Origin: Cetorhinus maximus
Taxonomy: Eukaryota
Assembly (NCBI RefSeq): GCF_964194155.1
Contig: NC_135882.1
Location: 15,996,001 to 16,060,000 of the forward strand
Direction of reading: 5' to 3'
Length of the DNA stretch: 64,000 bases
The position numbers were made by a program, and so were the translations under genes. Shown one piece after another: positions 1 through 12,032 of the stretch; position 1 is the first letter of the stretch, and each line of letters begins with the position of its first letter. The notes beneath the pieces are model-generated. The model did not search any database, had not been told where the DNA came from, and was given only the letters and a program-made list of their open reading frames with translations.

Positions 1-159
1 TAGTCGCAGAGGGTGGTGGCACCTGCCAAAATGTTCCTGCGGTGGAGTCATTGCCTTCGGTAGAAAGTGGACAAGGAAAAGGCCCGACCTGTGGCTGTGA
101 CCTCCCATTACCAGGAAACTTTTAGAATGTACACTTCCATCAAGAATTTATTTGTGGGG

Positions 160-505
160 AGAGGGTAGCACAGTGGTAATGTCACTGGGCTAGTGTGCCA
201 GAGGCCCAGGCTAATAGTCCAAGCAAATTGCAGCTGGTGGAATTGAGAGATAGTCTCAGCAACGATGGCCATGACGACTATCATCGATGGGTATAAAAAC
301 CCATCTGGTTCACTAATGCCCTTTGGGGAAGGAAATCGGTCATCCTCACCCAGTCTGGCCTACATGTGACCAGACCCAAACCACCTGGTTGACTTTTAAC
401 TGCCTTCTGCAATGGCTTAGCAAGCCACTCAGTTCAAGGGAAGCTAGGGATGGGCAACAAATACAGGCCCTTCCAGTGATGCCCCAGATCCCATAAAAGA
501 AGAAA
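160..505 (+). mobile_element. tRNA-headed SINE (family A) whose 3' tail resembles the LINE at 2815-3933
   Basis: A-box-like head (gcacagtggtaat). Body (aaaacccatctggttcactaatg...gaaggaaatc) recurs at 17520-19310, 20250-20610, 30050-30437 and 56675-56860. Tail agggaagctagggatgggcaacaaat matches the LINE 3' end. Confidence 0.75.
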
Positions 506-1740
506 GAATCAAGCAAACTTGGAAAACCTTCAGAATGACAAGAATAAACAAAACATGTTGGGGCCTAAATCCAAAGTTATTGCATTCATTTTATGGGCAT
601 AATTTGGATGAAATGATGGCGAATTTTGCAAGGCAACTCCAGGCATCCAGCAACAGTGATGACATCAGGTCGGGTAAACAGCCAGTCATATTGAAGTATT
701 CTCACAGACAGCAAACCAGGAAGTAAAACTTCCATTTAACATTTTACAGGGAACAAAATAAATGATTGGGACATACTCATGGGATTAAGGTAGAAGCTGA
801 ACTATCATTAAAAAAAGTTTTAAAAACAAATTATTTAAAAAATATGTGGAATTTTTTTTCATAATAGAGAAATTTGACATCCCGCAAATGTAAAATTAGC
901 TCTTTAAGGCCATTGAGACTTCGTAGCACTAATTATGAACTTGGAGCGCTGCTAAAAACCCAGTTATGCCTTATTGAACAAGGTGCTAGAGACTAATAAC
1001 ACCAGAGGGCAAGTTTTAATCCGTTCAATGATTTCTAATTGATTGCGATCTGAGGGAGCTTCAACAGTGCATCCTGTGTGGCGAAGCACATACAGAAACT
1101 GCTGCGTTTCCACCTTTAACTGCGCATGTGCAGACTCCAGAAGTTGCTGCCAGTGTTAGAGGCGTAATGAGGGTGAACACTAAAAGTTTCGCCATGGTTT
1201 CTACCACAAAACATAGGCCGATCAACAAACCTGTATCACATTCGTCTGACCTGCGTTAATGTTGATAGCAATACCCAGATATCTAGATTTTGCATTGATT
1301 TTAATGGCAGTAGTGCACTGGTCTCAGTCAAGGAGCTCCTGTCTCAACTCACAGCCCTAGTTTCTAAAATTTGTGCCCTGTCTTTTTCAGTAATCCACAC
1401 CTGCTCACCCCTCATTGCCTAATTTTTAATGGACTCATAACTTTGTGTAGTTATGCAGGACAAAACATGCTTCAATGATTCAGTTCAGGAATACAAGGAC
1501 TGAACAGGTTTTACATTCCTGCAAATCCAATTGATGTGAAACAAAAGCCAATGATTTATTAACTGTACAACTATTTCATGAGACACACCCTTTTCCTGAC
1601 CACAGTCATTTTCACTCCTATTATCTCCCACGCAGTTAAGGTGAGAACAATTACACAACTTGATGCATACCGATTCAGAGGGGTGATTTCTGCCTCACTT
1701 TCTGTTTTTTTCAAGTAATGAAGAATGAAAATATTAAGAT

Positions 1741-2097
1741 AAAAGCAAAATACTGCGGATGCTGGAAACCTGAAACAAAAACAAAAAATTGCTGGAAAAA
1801 TCTCAGCAGGCCTGACAGCATCTGTGGAGAGGACGACAAGAGTTAACGTTTCGAGTCCGTGTGACCCTTCATCAGAACTAAAGAGAAATAGAAATAGAAA
1901 TGCGGTGAAGTATAAGCTGTTTAAGGGGAGTGGGACAGGCGAAGCTGGATAGAGGGCCAGCGGTAGGTGGGGGCAAAGGAGAGATTGCCAAAGATGTCAT
2001 AAACAAAAGGTGAAAGGGGTGTTGACAGTGGTGACATTAGCTAAAGGTTGTGCTAATGCTGACATTAAGGGTAGAAAGCAGGATGAGCAAGTGACAG
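1741..2097 (-). mobile_element. Penelope-like element 3' end (pLTR) with hammerhead ribozyme
   Basis: Exact 16-bp TSD ATGAAAATATTAAGAT at 1725-1740 and 2098-2113. Homologous to 14585-14709 and 22950-23261. Contains a hammerhead core. Confidence 0.75.
1841..1879 (-). ncRNA. Minimal type I hammerhead ribozyme (PLE-associated)
   Basis: Minus strand reads AGUU-CUGAUGA-A-GGGUC-ACACG-GACUC-GAAA-CGUU-AACU: intact core boxes, 5-bp stem II, stem I AGUU/AACU and a palindromic ACGU stem III. Confidence 0.75.
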
Positions 2098-2814
2098 ATG
2101 AAAATATTAAGATGTTTTGCATATGTGCAACCCTACTGCCAAAAGGCTTGTTAAACTTTACTTGAGATTTCAATTTTGGGCCAAGTGGAAAAGGTAATGT
2201 TTGAAGCCAGCATCTGACTCTATAAAAGACAGAGCTGCATCGCATGGCACATGCCATCCTGACTTGGACCTTTTATCGACCAGCATCACCGGGTCAAACT
2301 CTTCCATGCTTTACAGCTAATGGGTCACTTCTGGCCTTACAGCCAGACAGTATTGTGTAGACCAGGGATTAACAACCTTAATAACAAAGAGAGCCATTTG
2401 TTAAATTTTGGCAAAAACAATATACCTTAAGAGCCACAATTTCAAATGCCAATAATAATCAAAAACAAGACAGAGACACAGAGACAGATTTCTATCCAAC
2501 ACCTCTATCCGCCTATAACCGCCCACTCATTAATTTCAATAAAAGCGGGGAGTTGATTATCAACATTTTAAAGGTTTGTACAAATTGAATTGAATGATAC
2601 TTTTTCACAAGCACATTAATAAAAATTTAAGAAAATGAAACAACCCATTTATTTACCATCAACGTCTTCGAGTTTACTGAGATCATTAGACAATGTTTAC
2701 TTTAGCGTCACAAATGGAAACATCTTTTAGTTTTGCATTAAACCCCATTTTTTGAGAAGATGTTTTAAACGGTTTTATAGCAATCGATCTGGATCAGGAG
2801 CTGCATGAATCCTT

Positions 2815-3933
2815 AATGTGCTGCAACCACAACGCTAGCATCTACCCAGCAATGTGGAAAATTGCCCAGGTATGTCCTGTACACAAAAAGCAGGACAAAT
2901 CCGACTCGGCCAATTACTGCCCCATCAGTCTACTCTCCGTCATCAGTAAATTGATGGATGGGGCCATTTAAGTGGCACTTGCTTAGTAATCACCTGCTCA
3001 CTGATGCCCAGCTTGGGTTCCGCCAGGGCTACTCAGCTCCTGACCTCATTACAGCCTTGGTTCAAACATGGACCAAAGAGCTGAACTCCAGAGATTAAGT
3101 GAGAGTGACTGCCCTTGACATCAAGGTAGCATTTGACCGAATGTGACATCAAGGAGCCCAAGTAAAACTGGAGTCAATGGGAATCAGGGGGTAAGCTGGT
3201 TAGAGTCAGACCTGGCACAAAGGAAAATGGTTGTGGTTGTTGGAGGTCAATCACCTCAGTTCCAGGACATCACGACAGGAGTTCCTCAGGGTAGTGTCCT
3301 CAGCCCAACCATCTTCAGTGCTTCATCAATGGCCTTCCTTCCATCATAAGGTCAGGAGTGGGGATGTTCGCTGATGATTGCACAATTCGCAACACCTTAG
3401 ATACTGAAGCAGTCCAAATTCAACAAGACCTGGACAATATCCAGGCTAACAAAGGGCAAGCAACATTTGTGCCACACAAGTGCCAGGCAATGACTATTTC
3501 CAACAAGAAAAAAACTAACCATTGTCCCTTGATATTCACTCCCTCCACCACTGACACACAGTAGCAGCAGTGTCTACCATCTACAAGATGCACTGCAAGA
3601 ACTCACCAAGGCTCCTTAGACAGCACCTTCCAAATGCTAGACTGTTACCATCTAGAAGGACAAGGGCAGCAGACACATGGGAACACCACCACCTGGAAGT
3701 TCCCCTCCAAGCCACTCACCATCCTGACTTGGAAATATATCACTGTTCCTTCGCTACCGCTGGGTCAAAATCCTGGAACTCCCTTCCTAACAGCACCGTG
3801 GATGTCCTTACACCACATGGACTGCAGCAGTTCAAGAAAGCAGCTCACCATCACCTTCTCAAGGGCAATTACGGATGGATAATAAATGCTAGCCTAGGCA
3901 GTGATGCTCACATCCCAGGAATGAATAAAAAAA
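2815..3933 (+). mobile_element. 5'-truncated, internally deleted non-LTR retrotransposon (CR1/L2 group) with RT pseudogene
   Basis: Broken frames give WKIAQVCPVHKK, NYCPISLLS, QLGFRQG, LDIKVAFD, GVPQGSVLSP and MFADD motifs. The 3' tail ends in aatgaataaaaaaa. Confidence 0.9.
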
Positions 3934-4384
3934 AGATTGCTGATCCTTGCTGTAGGCCATTGCACCAGCCATAAATTATGCAGCAAGATTGTGCAGACAG
4001 CAAACAGAGGAACAACCAGATAATCTGCTTTTTGTAGCGTTGGTTAAGGAGGGCATACTAGATCGGAATAACTTAACCAGCGAGAAGGATGAGAGAGACA
4101 AGACATTGGGAACAAGTATCCCTCCAAGTCACACATCATCCTCATTTTGAGGGGTATTGGCCAGTCCGTCATCATCATTAGGTCAAAATCCTCCCATCGT
4201 CAGGACAAGGCCTGCAAGCCCCTTAAGGGTCTTATGTTTTGATGAGATCATCATTCATTTTTCCAAACTCTAGGGAATCTGGGCCTAGTCTCTCTCCACA
4301 TAGGGCAATCCATTCGTCCCAGGAAACCTTTTAAACCTTTATTGCACTCCCCAAAGTCAAGTATATCCTTCCTCTGAATCACAA

Positions 4385-4795
4385 AGCAAGTTCAAGACCC
4401 ACCCCAGGGCTTTGGCACAAAAAGCAAGGCTGACACTCCAGTGCAGTACTGAGGAAGCACTGCACTGTCAGAGGTGTCGTCCTTCACATGAGATGTTAAA
4501 CCAAAGCACCACCTGCCTGCTCGGGTGGTTGTAAAAGATCCCATTGCATTATTTTGTGGAAGAGCAGGGGGGAGATATCCCAGGTGTCCTGGCCAATATG
4601 TTTCCCTCAGTCAACATCACAAAAAACAGACAGGTCATTATCACATTGCTGTTTGTGGGAGTTTGCTGAGTGCAAATTACTTGCTGCGAATCCTAGGTTA
4701 CAAAAGTGACTACACTCCAAAAAGTACTTCATTAGTTGTAAAGCGCTTTTACATGTCCGGTGGTCATGAAAAGCGCTATGTAAATGCAAGTCCTT
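4385..4795 (+). mobile_element. Deu-domain SINE (SacSINE1/AmnSINE-like)
   Basis: Deu-like core gaggtgtcgtccttcacatgagatgttaaacc...gtaaaagatcccattgc, followed by an L2-type tail (gcgctatgtaaatgcaag). Many copies in the window. Confidence 0.75.
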
Positions 4796-5451
4796 CTTAA
4801 AGGAGAGGCCTAAACACACATGGTTAAATGGTTAGCTGCTCTAGGGTATAAATGAATGCGGATTCTTAAAGAATGAGGTAATTGGATTGGATTGAATATA
4901 TAAAGGCATTTAAATGTTATATTTAAGTGAATGCCTGGCAGTGTTAAAGTGAAGAACGGGAGGATCCAGCTTTGTTCCCACGCGTTCCCAGCAGTTACTG
5001 TCCCATCTTAACGTGTTCCCGAAGTGATTCACTGCAGCATGTCATGTCCTGCAGAACTCTCCAAAGTTATTTGTCTATTAAAGATGAAGAAAGGTGCCTG
5101 CTGAGGAGGTGTGGAATTCTGGGGAGGCGAACTGTGCTTGAAACCAAGGTGGGGGTGTCTCAGTCTTTCCGATTAACACCCGAACCCGCTTTAATTGGCG
5201 CCTGTCTTCAAGTATATGTACAGCCCCAGCTTGCAATTTGTGGCATTGGAAGAAACAGGCACTTTGGGTGTGGGCAGCAAGCTGCTAATTTCGGATTGTC
5301 TGTCTCTTATACGCTCCTCATGACTTTCCTACTATTGACTTTACAGCGGTGGGGTGGGATGGGGGCTGTAGTATAAGGGTATCTAGCATAGCAAGGGTTA
5401 ATGTGGGACTGGGAAACAGCACCACCACAACGTGATGTCAAGAGACACATG

Positions 5452-6125
5452 GGCCTGCATTTCAGGCTTGGCGTGTGCAGGCCCAGAAGCGGACGCGAAA
5501 TGCGCTTCCGCCCGCGATCGGCCCCTGAATGCAATTTCACGCCAACCATTAATTAGCCAGCCAGCGTGAAACGCTCACTGAGAAAGCCTCAGCGCTGCCA
5601 AGGGAGGGCAGGAAGAGGGCGGGCACCGACAAAAGTGAAGGCGCGGGTGGACGCTCCTAGCGAGCTCTCTGAAGGTTGATAGCTGCTGTGGAGCTGCCTC
5701 AGGGAGCTGCAGACCCGGACAGATTAAATGGCAAGAAAAAATGCATCAAACTGTGCAGCACATTCATGCATCTGACAGAAGAACTCAAAAAACATCAGTC
5801 CCCAGATATCTGTTTTTATTATATTTCACCCTGAACATTTCATCCTGCCCTTAGATGAGGCTTGATTAAAAACAGGCTGCCCACCGGACCATTTTGCCCA
5901 TGCAGCGAGCGCGAAATCGAACGGGCAGCGTAAAACCGTGGACAATAGGGCTTTTAATGGCCTTAATTGGCCCCTTAATTGTTGGCAGGCATGACTCCAA
6001 CTCCCACGCGTGCCTGCCGAACGTGTGCGTGATGACCTCAGCTCGCACGCCCGACGTCATTTTTTGCAATTTCATGTGCATTCGGTTCGGGCACGTGCCC
6101 GCCCATCCAATGTAAAATTCGGGCC
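5452..6125. mobile_element. Harbinger-type MITE (~670 bp family)
   Basis: Imperfect TIRs GGCCTGCATTT / AAAATTCGGGCC and a 3-bp TSD ATG. Homologous to 12033-12664 and 35662-36340 and to the ends of element 57080-61897. Confidence 0.8.
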
Positions 6126-6742
6126 ATGATCTGAGACTAGGGTCAGTTGTGGACAGGACAGAGGCCTGTGCAGAAGCAAGCATGGAGTTAGCTCATAGCT
6201 TGGGCTATACCCTGTATACATGTACACAGTTATGTGTTATCAATAAACACACAGTGCAGAATTTTCCGGCTGACGTGTGGGTGGCAGAGCCCCCACGTCA
6301 GCACTTAAAATGCCACGCGCTGACGTCGCGCGAGTGTCCAGGCATCAGCGCGCGACATCGCCATATTTCGGTCGGCGGGCATCCTCAGCAGCGGGACGCT
6401 CGACCGCCATTAATTGAAGGTCTCGTTAAGGCCCTTAACTTGCCAATTATCCATGATTTTGAGGGGCCCGTGCGAACTTCAGGTTGGCGCAAGGGCCCAA
6501 CGGGCAGGCGGGAAGGAGATTTTTTAAGAAAACTCATGCAATGTCGGGAAATGTGGACTCAGAGGGGTTGTTCATGTTTTCCACGAAGTTTTAATTGATG
6601 AAAGTGTTTTAAAGTTGCCTGTGTGATTGTTTGCAGTTCACATCGATTTCCAAGAGCTTTTTGTGTACTTTGAAACCAGTCTGCAGACAGTAACCTTTCT
6701 CGGGCCTGCAGCTTTCTGGAGGCCTCCATTTAGCCTGGGGAT

Positions 6743-7390
6743 ATGGGTTCTGACCTCTCCACTGGAGGCAGCTCCTCTGAGGATGAAGGGAGGGATAGAA
6801 TAAGGAGGAGGCCAGGAGTGGACAATCAGCCTCCAGGGGAGCCACCTTTGGGAGGCCAGGCGCAGGCTCAAGGGGCGCAGGGCCAAGAGGTTGTCCAAGG
6901 TGCAAGGGGCCACAGAAGATGCCACTATCCTGCTGCCAGGGTATACAGGCGGCGAAGCAGCTACCTCAATATGTCTGAGGTGCAGTGCCGAAGGAGGCTC
7001 CGACTCTCAAGGAAGACAGTCAACTGTATCTGCCAGATGATTGGCCCTGAGATCTCCCCTAACTATGTGGGTGGACGCCCTATGCCAGCGGCTCTGAAGG
7101 TCACAGTTGCCCTCCACTTCTATGCCTCTGGCTCCTTCCAGGGCTCGGTGGGTGATCTTTGCGGTGTCTCCCAATCAGCTGTCCACACTTGCGTCAAGCA
7201 GGTTACAGATGCTCTGTTCAGACGGACATTGAGCTTCATCCACTTCCGCTACGACCAGGCAAGTCAGGCACAGCGAACCAGAGGCTTCGCGGCCATTGCT
7301 GGCTTCCCCCGTGTCCAGGGTGCTATAGACTGTACACATGTGGCCATCAAGGCGCCAGCAGGTGAGCCCGGTGCCTTTGTCAACAGGAAG
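6743..7390 (+). pseudogene. Harbinger (HARBI1-like) DDE transposase, N-terminal half only
   Basis: [50 protein letters not shown] and FVNRK. Homology stops before GFHS.NVQ, so the second D and the E are deleted. Confidence 0.9.
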
Positions 7391-8316
7391 GTGACTTTGG
7401 AAGGTGGTGGAGACGCAATTCCTCAAGGGGATGAGGGTCCCTTCTGTATGACCCACTTGTCAGAGTGTCTCAGTCTGTGAATGACATTGTTTCAGCATTA
7501 ACGATTGCAGCAACCATTAGTGGTTTGGATGGTGTGCAAACAGAGTGGATGGGACTGTGGACCTCAAATACCTGCCCACCGGACCCCCGCCTCGCCGCTC
7601 CCAGCCACCCTGGCCTCCTGACTCCTGCCCAGCTCCATGTCCTGCTCTTCAAAAGGCGTGAAGCGCTGCAGGAGGGCGCGCCCACCTCTGGCGCTCCCGG
7701 GCATTGTGGTGAATTTTTGCCTGAAAAACAGAGAAGAGGATTTATTGGGGCTGATCGCTCATGTACTCTGCACGCACACGCCGCACCCCAACCATAGTGG
7801 CCCATCTGAGGCCTCCAACGGTTCCTGTCCACACTACTGGTGATCAGTCCCCAGAAGATAGCACGGCTGGTCCCAACCCCCTCTCCCAACGGCCACCTTG
7901 GACACATTCGGCGTCCATCACTTTGAATATCACACGGCTCTTAGTGCCTATGGCAAGGAGGCACAACTAGGTGTGGCGCCGATGCCAGCAGATGGCACTT
8001 AGCCGCAACACCTTGAGGCTCCCCTTGCACCATCTCATCACCTGTGACGTGTGTTGGAGTTCTGAGTATATGTCTAGCTGCCTCCCCGGCAGGTTGCCCC
8101 TAGACTACTCAAAGCCGCAAACACCAACATATCCTGTGGGGAGAACCCATCTTCTCCTCAACTACTAAGACCGGTGTAAGCATGGTCAGTACCCATTTGC
8201 CCACCCAGCGTGCGACAGATGCCCTATGCAGTAATGACAGCAAGACATGGGGGGGAGGGGCTCAAAGGCTAAGGCTGCCTTCTGGGTCAAATGGCCAAGG
8301 CCGACATGGTACTCAC

Positions 8317-8612
8317 CCTTCCAGAGCGCAGCAAATCATTGAATCGTTTCCTGCACGGAAATCATGGGCGCTCACAGCGTCACCCACCTCCTCCCACGCC
8401 TGGCTGGTGACACGGGGGGCCCTCCTCCTCCCATCCTCCGGATACAGAAAGTGCCAACGGATGCCCACCTCTTGCAGGAGGACAGCAAGACATGCATCAG
8501 AGAATCGAGGGGCACAGTGGCTCCCTGCTGGCCTCTCCTGCAGCCTGCCCCCCTCCTCCTGCTCATGCTGCTCTCCACTCGTTCCTCCATCCCTCTTTCC
8601 CCGAGTGGCCAT
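8317..8612 (-). pseudogene. Harbinger Myb/SANT-like DNA-binding protein, exon 1
   Basis: APRFSDACLAVLLQEV...LYP...AWEEVGDAVSA, then after a frameshift FNDLLRSGR followed by a GTGAGT donor. The junction is the same as at 57560. Confidence 0.8.
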
Positions 8613-9194
8613 GGTGCCCTGCCTCAAGCAGGCTGCCTGGCCACTCTTTATACAGGCTGCTGGCTCCCCATTGGAACCGGCAGTCTGAGGCCGCCCGGCC
8701 CCATGACTATTTCCCCGTTCTCCACGGGAGTCGCTTCCCCGCTGGGTGGGCCTTAATTGGCCTTTGCGTGGAAAATGGCGGCACGGCCCATTTCTCCAGC
8801 GGCAATCGGCTGCCCGCCCACCGCTGAGTCGGTCGGGCCCGTCCACCCGTCAAACAGAAAATTCTGGCCATAATGTTCAACCAAACAGACTCAGAACCTT
8901 TTTGTGAGACCTCCGGAACATTCAGCAAACAACAGAGGGAGAGACCCCACCCTGCAGCCACAGTGAAAAGTGCCCCCAGCTTTATGATCAGAAACCCTTT
9001 CTCAAATATTTCCCTGTGTTTAGACTTTTGAGAAATTTAGTGTGTACATTTAAAACAAAGGGAAAACATGCATTTATATTACGTCTTTGAAAGCCTCGTG
9101 ACAGTGGAGAGTGTGTTACAACCGATGGATTCTTTCTGAACTGTATCTGGTTCCTTTCCTGTAATATGAAACAGGGTCTTGAGGTTACATTTTT

Positions 9195-9625
9195 TTTTAA
9201 TTCATTCATGGGATGTGGGCTTCGCTGGCTGGGCCAGCATTTATTGCCCATCCCTAGTTGCCCTTGAGAAGGTGGTGGTGAGCTGCCTTCTTGAACCGCT
9301 GCAGTCCACGTGGTGTAGGTACACCCGCAGTGCTGTTTGGGGAGGCAGTTCCAGAATTTCCCTTGAGGAGGCGTTGGTGAGCCATCGTTTTGAACTGCTG
9401 CAGTCCCTAGGTACACACACACACAGTGCTATTAGGGAGAGAGTTTCAGGATGGTGACCCAGTGACAGTGAAGGAACGGTGATATAGTTCCAAGTCAGGA
9501 TGGTGAGTGACTTGGAGGGGAACTTCCAGGCGGTGGTGTTCCCATCTATCTGCTGCCCTTGTCCTTCCCGATGTCAGTGGTCATGGGTTTGGAAGGTGCT
9601 GTCGAAGTAGCCTTGGTGAATTCCT
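9195..9625 (-). mobile_element. 3' tail of the 2815-3933 LINE family with an internal duplication
   Basis: Reverse complement of 3600-3930-like sequence. 9259-9358 and 9359-9450 are tandem variants of the same segment. Confidence 0.8.
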
Positions 9626-9634
9626 GGTCCCTGG

Positions 9635-9970
9635 TCCCTTTCACAACCTCCGGATGTCCCAATGTGCCTTTTGAAGCATAGTCATTGTTGTAATGCAACC
9701 AACATGAGCACAGCAAGCTCCCGCAAATGACAATGTGATAATGACCAGGTAATCTGTTTTTGTGATGCTAATTGAGGGGTAAATGTAACTCACCAGCTCA
9801 TCTTTGAAATAATGCCTGGAGATTTTTTATGTCTACCTGAGAAGGCAGATAGGGCTCTAGGTTATTGTCTCACCTGAAAGACAACAAGAGCGCTCCCTCA
9901 GTACTATTAGCCGAGATTTTTGAGGTCAAATCCTTCTGACTCAAGAGGTGAAAATGCTACCAATCGAGTC
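9635..9970 (-). mobile_element. Deu-domain SINE, degenerate
   Basis: Reverse-complement similarity to 4385-4795 (cacagcaagctcccgcaaatgacaatgtgataatgacc; cctgagaaggcagat). Confidence 0.65.
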
Positions 9971-10264
9971 GCTGCCGCTGCATATTGCTACACTGTTTAT
10001 GTTACATTGCTGCTTATAACAATAGTCTGTCTTTAATATAACTCAGGGTAGTGCTCCAGAGGCAGTAATCTCCTCATACTTTCATTCCTTGCTTCCAGTA
10101 GTAAAAACCTGTTGTCAGAAAATGTAATTAAGCTTAGCTGCTGACACTTTTCATCTGGCTGCACTCTCACTCACCACACAAGCCAGCTGTACAGTCGTTT
10201 CCCCTGCTTTCCTGATAACAGGAAGGTTGTTGGTGACCCTATGCGATAGTTTACCCTTTATGCT

Positions 10265-10595
10265 TTCATGGGATGTGAGTGTCAAAGTAAGGCCAGCATT
10301 TGTTGCCCATCCCTAATTGCCCTTGAGAAGGCGTTGGTGAGCCACTGTCTTGAACTGCTGCAGTCCATAGGTACACACACACACACACACACAGTGCTGT
10401 TAGGGAGAGTGTTTCAGGATGGTGACCCAGTGACAGTGAAGGAACGGTGATACAGTTTTAAGTCAGGATGGTGTGTAGCTTGGAGGGGAGCTTGCAGGTG
10501 GTGGTGTACCCATGCATCTGCTGCCCTTGTCCTTCAGGATGGTAGAGGTTGTGAGTTTGGAAGATGCTGTTGAAGGACCTTTGGTGAGTTGCTGG
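10265..10595 (-). mobile_element. 3' tail of the 2815-3933 LINE family
   Basis: gcatttgttgcccatccctaattgcccttgagaagg...aagtcaggatgg, with an internal CA microsatellite. Confidence 0.8.
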
Positions 10596-11089
10596 AAAAT
10601 GGGAGGTAGAAAATTTTACAACACCTTCAAAGTAAGTTTTACACGATCTCACAAAGTAAAGATCTGCTCCAGTGACTCACCCTGGGGTTTGAGTGCCAAT
10701 TCAGTGTGTTAGCAAAGCAGGTACACCACTGGCACATTAGGAGTGTTTAATTGAGAGAGCAAAGTTTCCTTTCATCTGCAGTTCTGCACTGATCCAATAT
10801 TAAAGAGCTAAAGTGTTTGTGTAATTTCATGCACAATCCTCATTGAAGCTCTCGATGTAAACGTAAAAATATTTCAAATCCCTCGTAATTTAAATACCTC
10901 AATTTAAACTCTTCTTTTAACTTTTCTGTTCTAGTAACAGGAGCCCCTAAGTCTCTGGTCCCCTCTGCTAACTAAAACCTTTTAGCCCCAGGTACCACTT
11001 TCGTAAATCTCTTCTGTTTTTTCTCATGGCCTTGTCCCTAAAGCAGGATAGCCAAAACTGAACACTATGGGGTACAATTTAAAAAATGG

Positions 11090-11160
11090 TGCATCGTCCA
11101 GTCAAGAACATCATCCCAGGAGCCTGGGCGGAGGTTGCAGACAGAGTTAATATTGTTTCC
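11090..11160 (+). pseudogene. Relic of a Harbinger Myb/SANT domain
   Basis: Translates as HRPVKNIIPGAWAEVADRVNIVS, matching the AW.EVA..V helix of the other Myb copies. Short and isolated. Confidence 0.35.
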
Positions 11161-11690
11161 AATATTGTTCCCTCTCCTGGAGCCCAAAGCTGGGAGTAAG
11201 TGAAGAAGAATTGTGCTAGATGGTGGCCAAAAGATTGTCAAGCAAAACAAGCTTATATTTTGCACCATGTTTCAATGTTGCCTTACCAGGCATTGAACTA
11301 TCACTTCATCGTAAGCTTGATGCAACACCACAGGAGGATTCCAGGGACTTTGTGTCCTTCCCAAAAGCACAAGTGTATGCATGTTTTAGCAGGATACTCT
11401 GGAGGGCCGCCATCAAGATGTGCTTGCCCAATGCCCAATGAAGCGTGACAGACATACAAATGATGCTACCACCCAAGATACCTGCACACTGCATGCAGAC
11501 ACACTGGCATAAGGTGCCTACTAGTTTATGCTCTTGTGACAGGCATCTCTCATATTCCTTCTTCCAACATTCCTTTTTCCACTTGTTTGCAGAAGACCAG
11601 TGCCTGCAGATATGAATGTGATTGCTTACGTAAGGTTTGATCTTTGCAACGAGAGGACATTAAAGGTTCTAAGCAAGGCGACAATAGAAG

Positions 11691-11928
11691 TGTAGAGTAA
11701 AGGGTTAACACTAATTATAGCAACTGAGCATGTGTGGATGGAGCTATGTCATAGTGATGTTACTCACTGAGAGGGGATGAGTGTGAAGCATCTCAGAGAG
11801 TAGCACCAACTAGCTATGTCTTGATCTTACTTAACCTTTGTAAATAGTTAGCATGTGGTTTGAACAAAAGGCCATTGTCTCCAGCAAGATATCTTCTAGA
11901 GTAAGAAGCTAACAAATCCTGAATCACA
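11691..11928. mobile_element. Solo LTR
   Basis: 238-bp TGTAGAG...ATCACA unit flanked by an exact 4-bp TSD GAAG (11687-11690, 11929-11932). Confidence 0.7.
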
Positions 11929-12032
11929 GAAGAAGGAGTGGAGGAGAGGAGAGACTGCCCCAGATTCATAACTAGTTTCATTCTTTTCTTTCTCTCCTTT
12001 CTCACTTGCTCACTCATTCATTTCATCACTAA

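Larger units (their letters stand above)
6254..8869. mobile_element. Internally deleted PIF/Harbinger transposon
   Basis: TIRs GTGCAGAATTTTC / GAAAATTCTGGCC with 3-bp flanks ACA/ATA. Carries convergent transposase (+) and Myb/SANT (-) remnants. Confidence 0.88.
5367..8934 (+). mobile_element. Solo LTR split by two nested Harbinger-type insertions
   Basis: Pieces 5367-5451, 6126-6253 and 8870-8934 rejoin into a ~270-bp TG...CA unit with AATAAA (6242-6247). It shares the aagggttaa motif with the solo LTR at 11691. The outer TSD is imperfect. Confidence 0.55.

Noticed and set aside
559-1220. Possible old MITE, with faint similarity to 30660-31010
   Set aside because: The TIRs and TSD are not convincing by eye.
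6743-7480. 245-aa ORF as the host HARBI1 gene
   Set aside because: It lies between TIRs beside a Myb remnant, lacks the C-terminal catalytic residues and has related broken copies in the window, so it is a transposon fragment.
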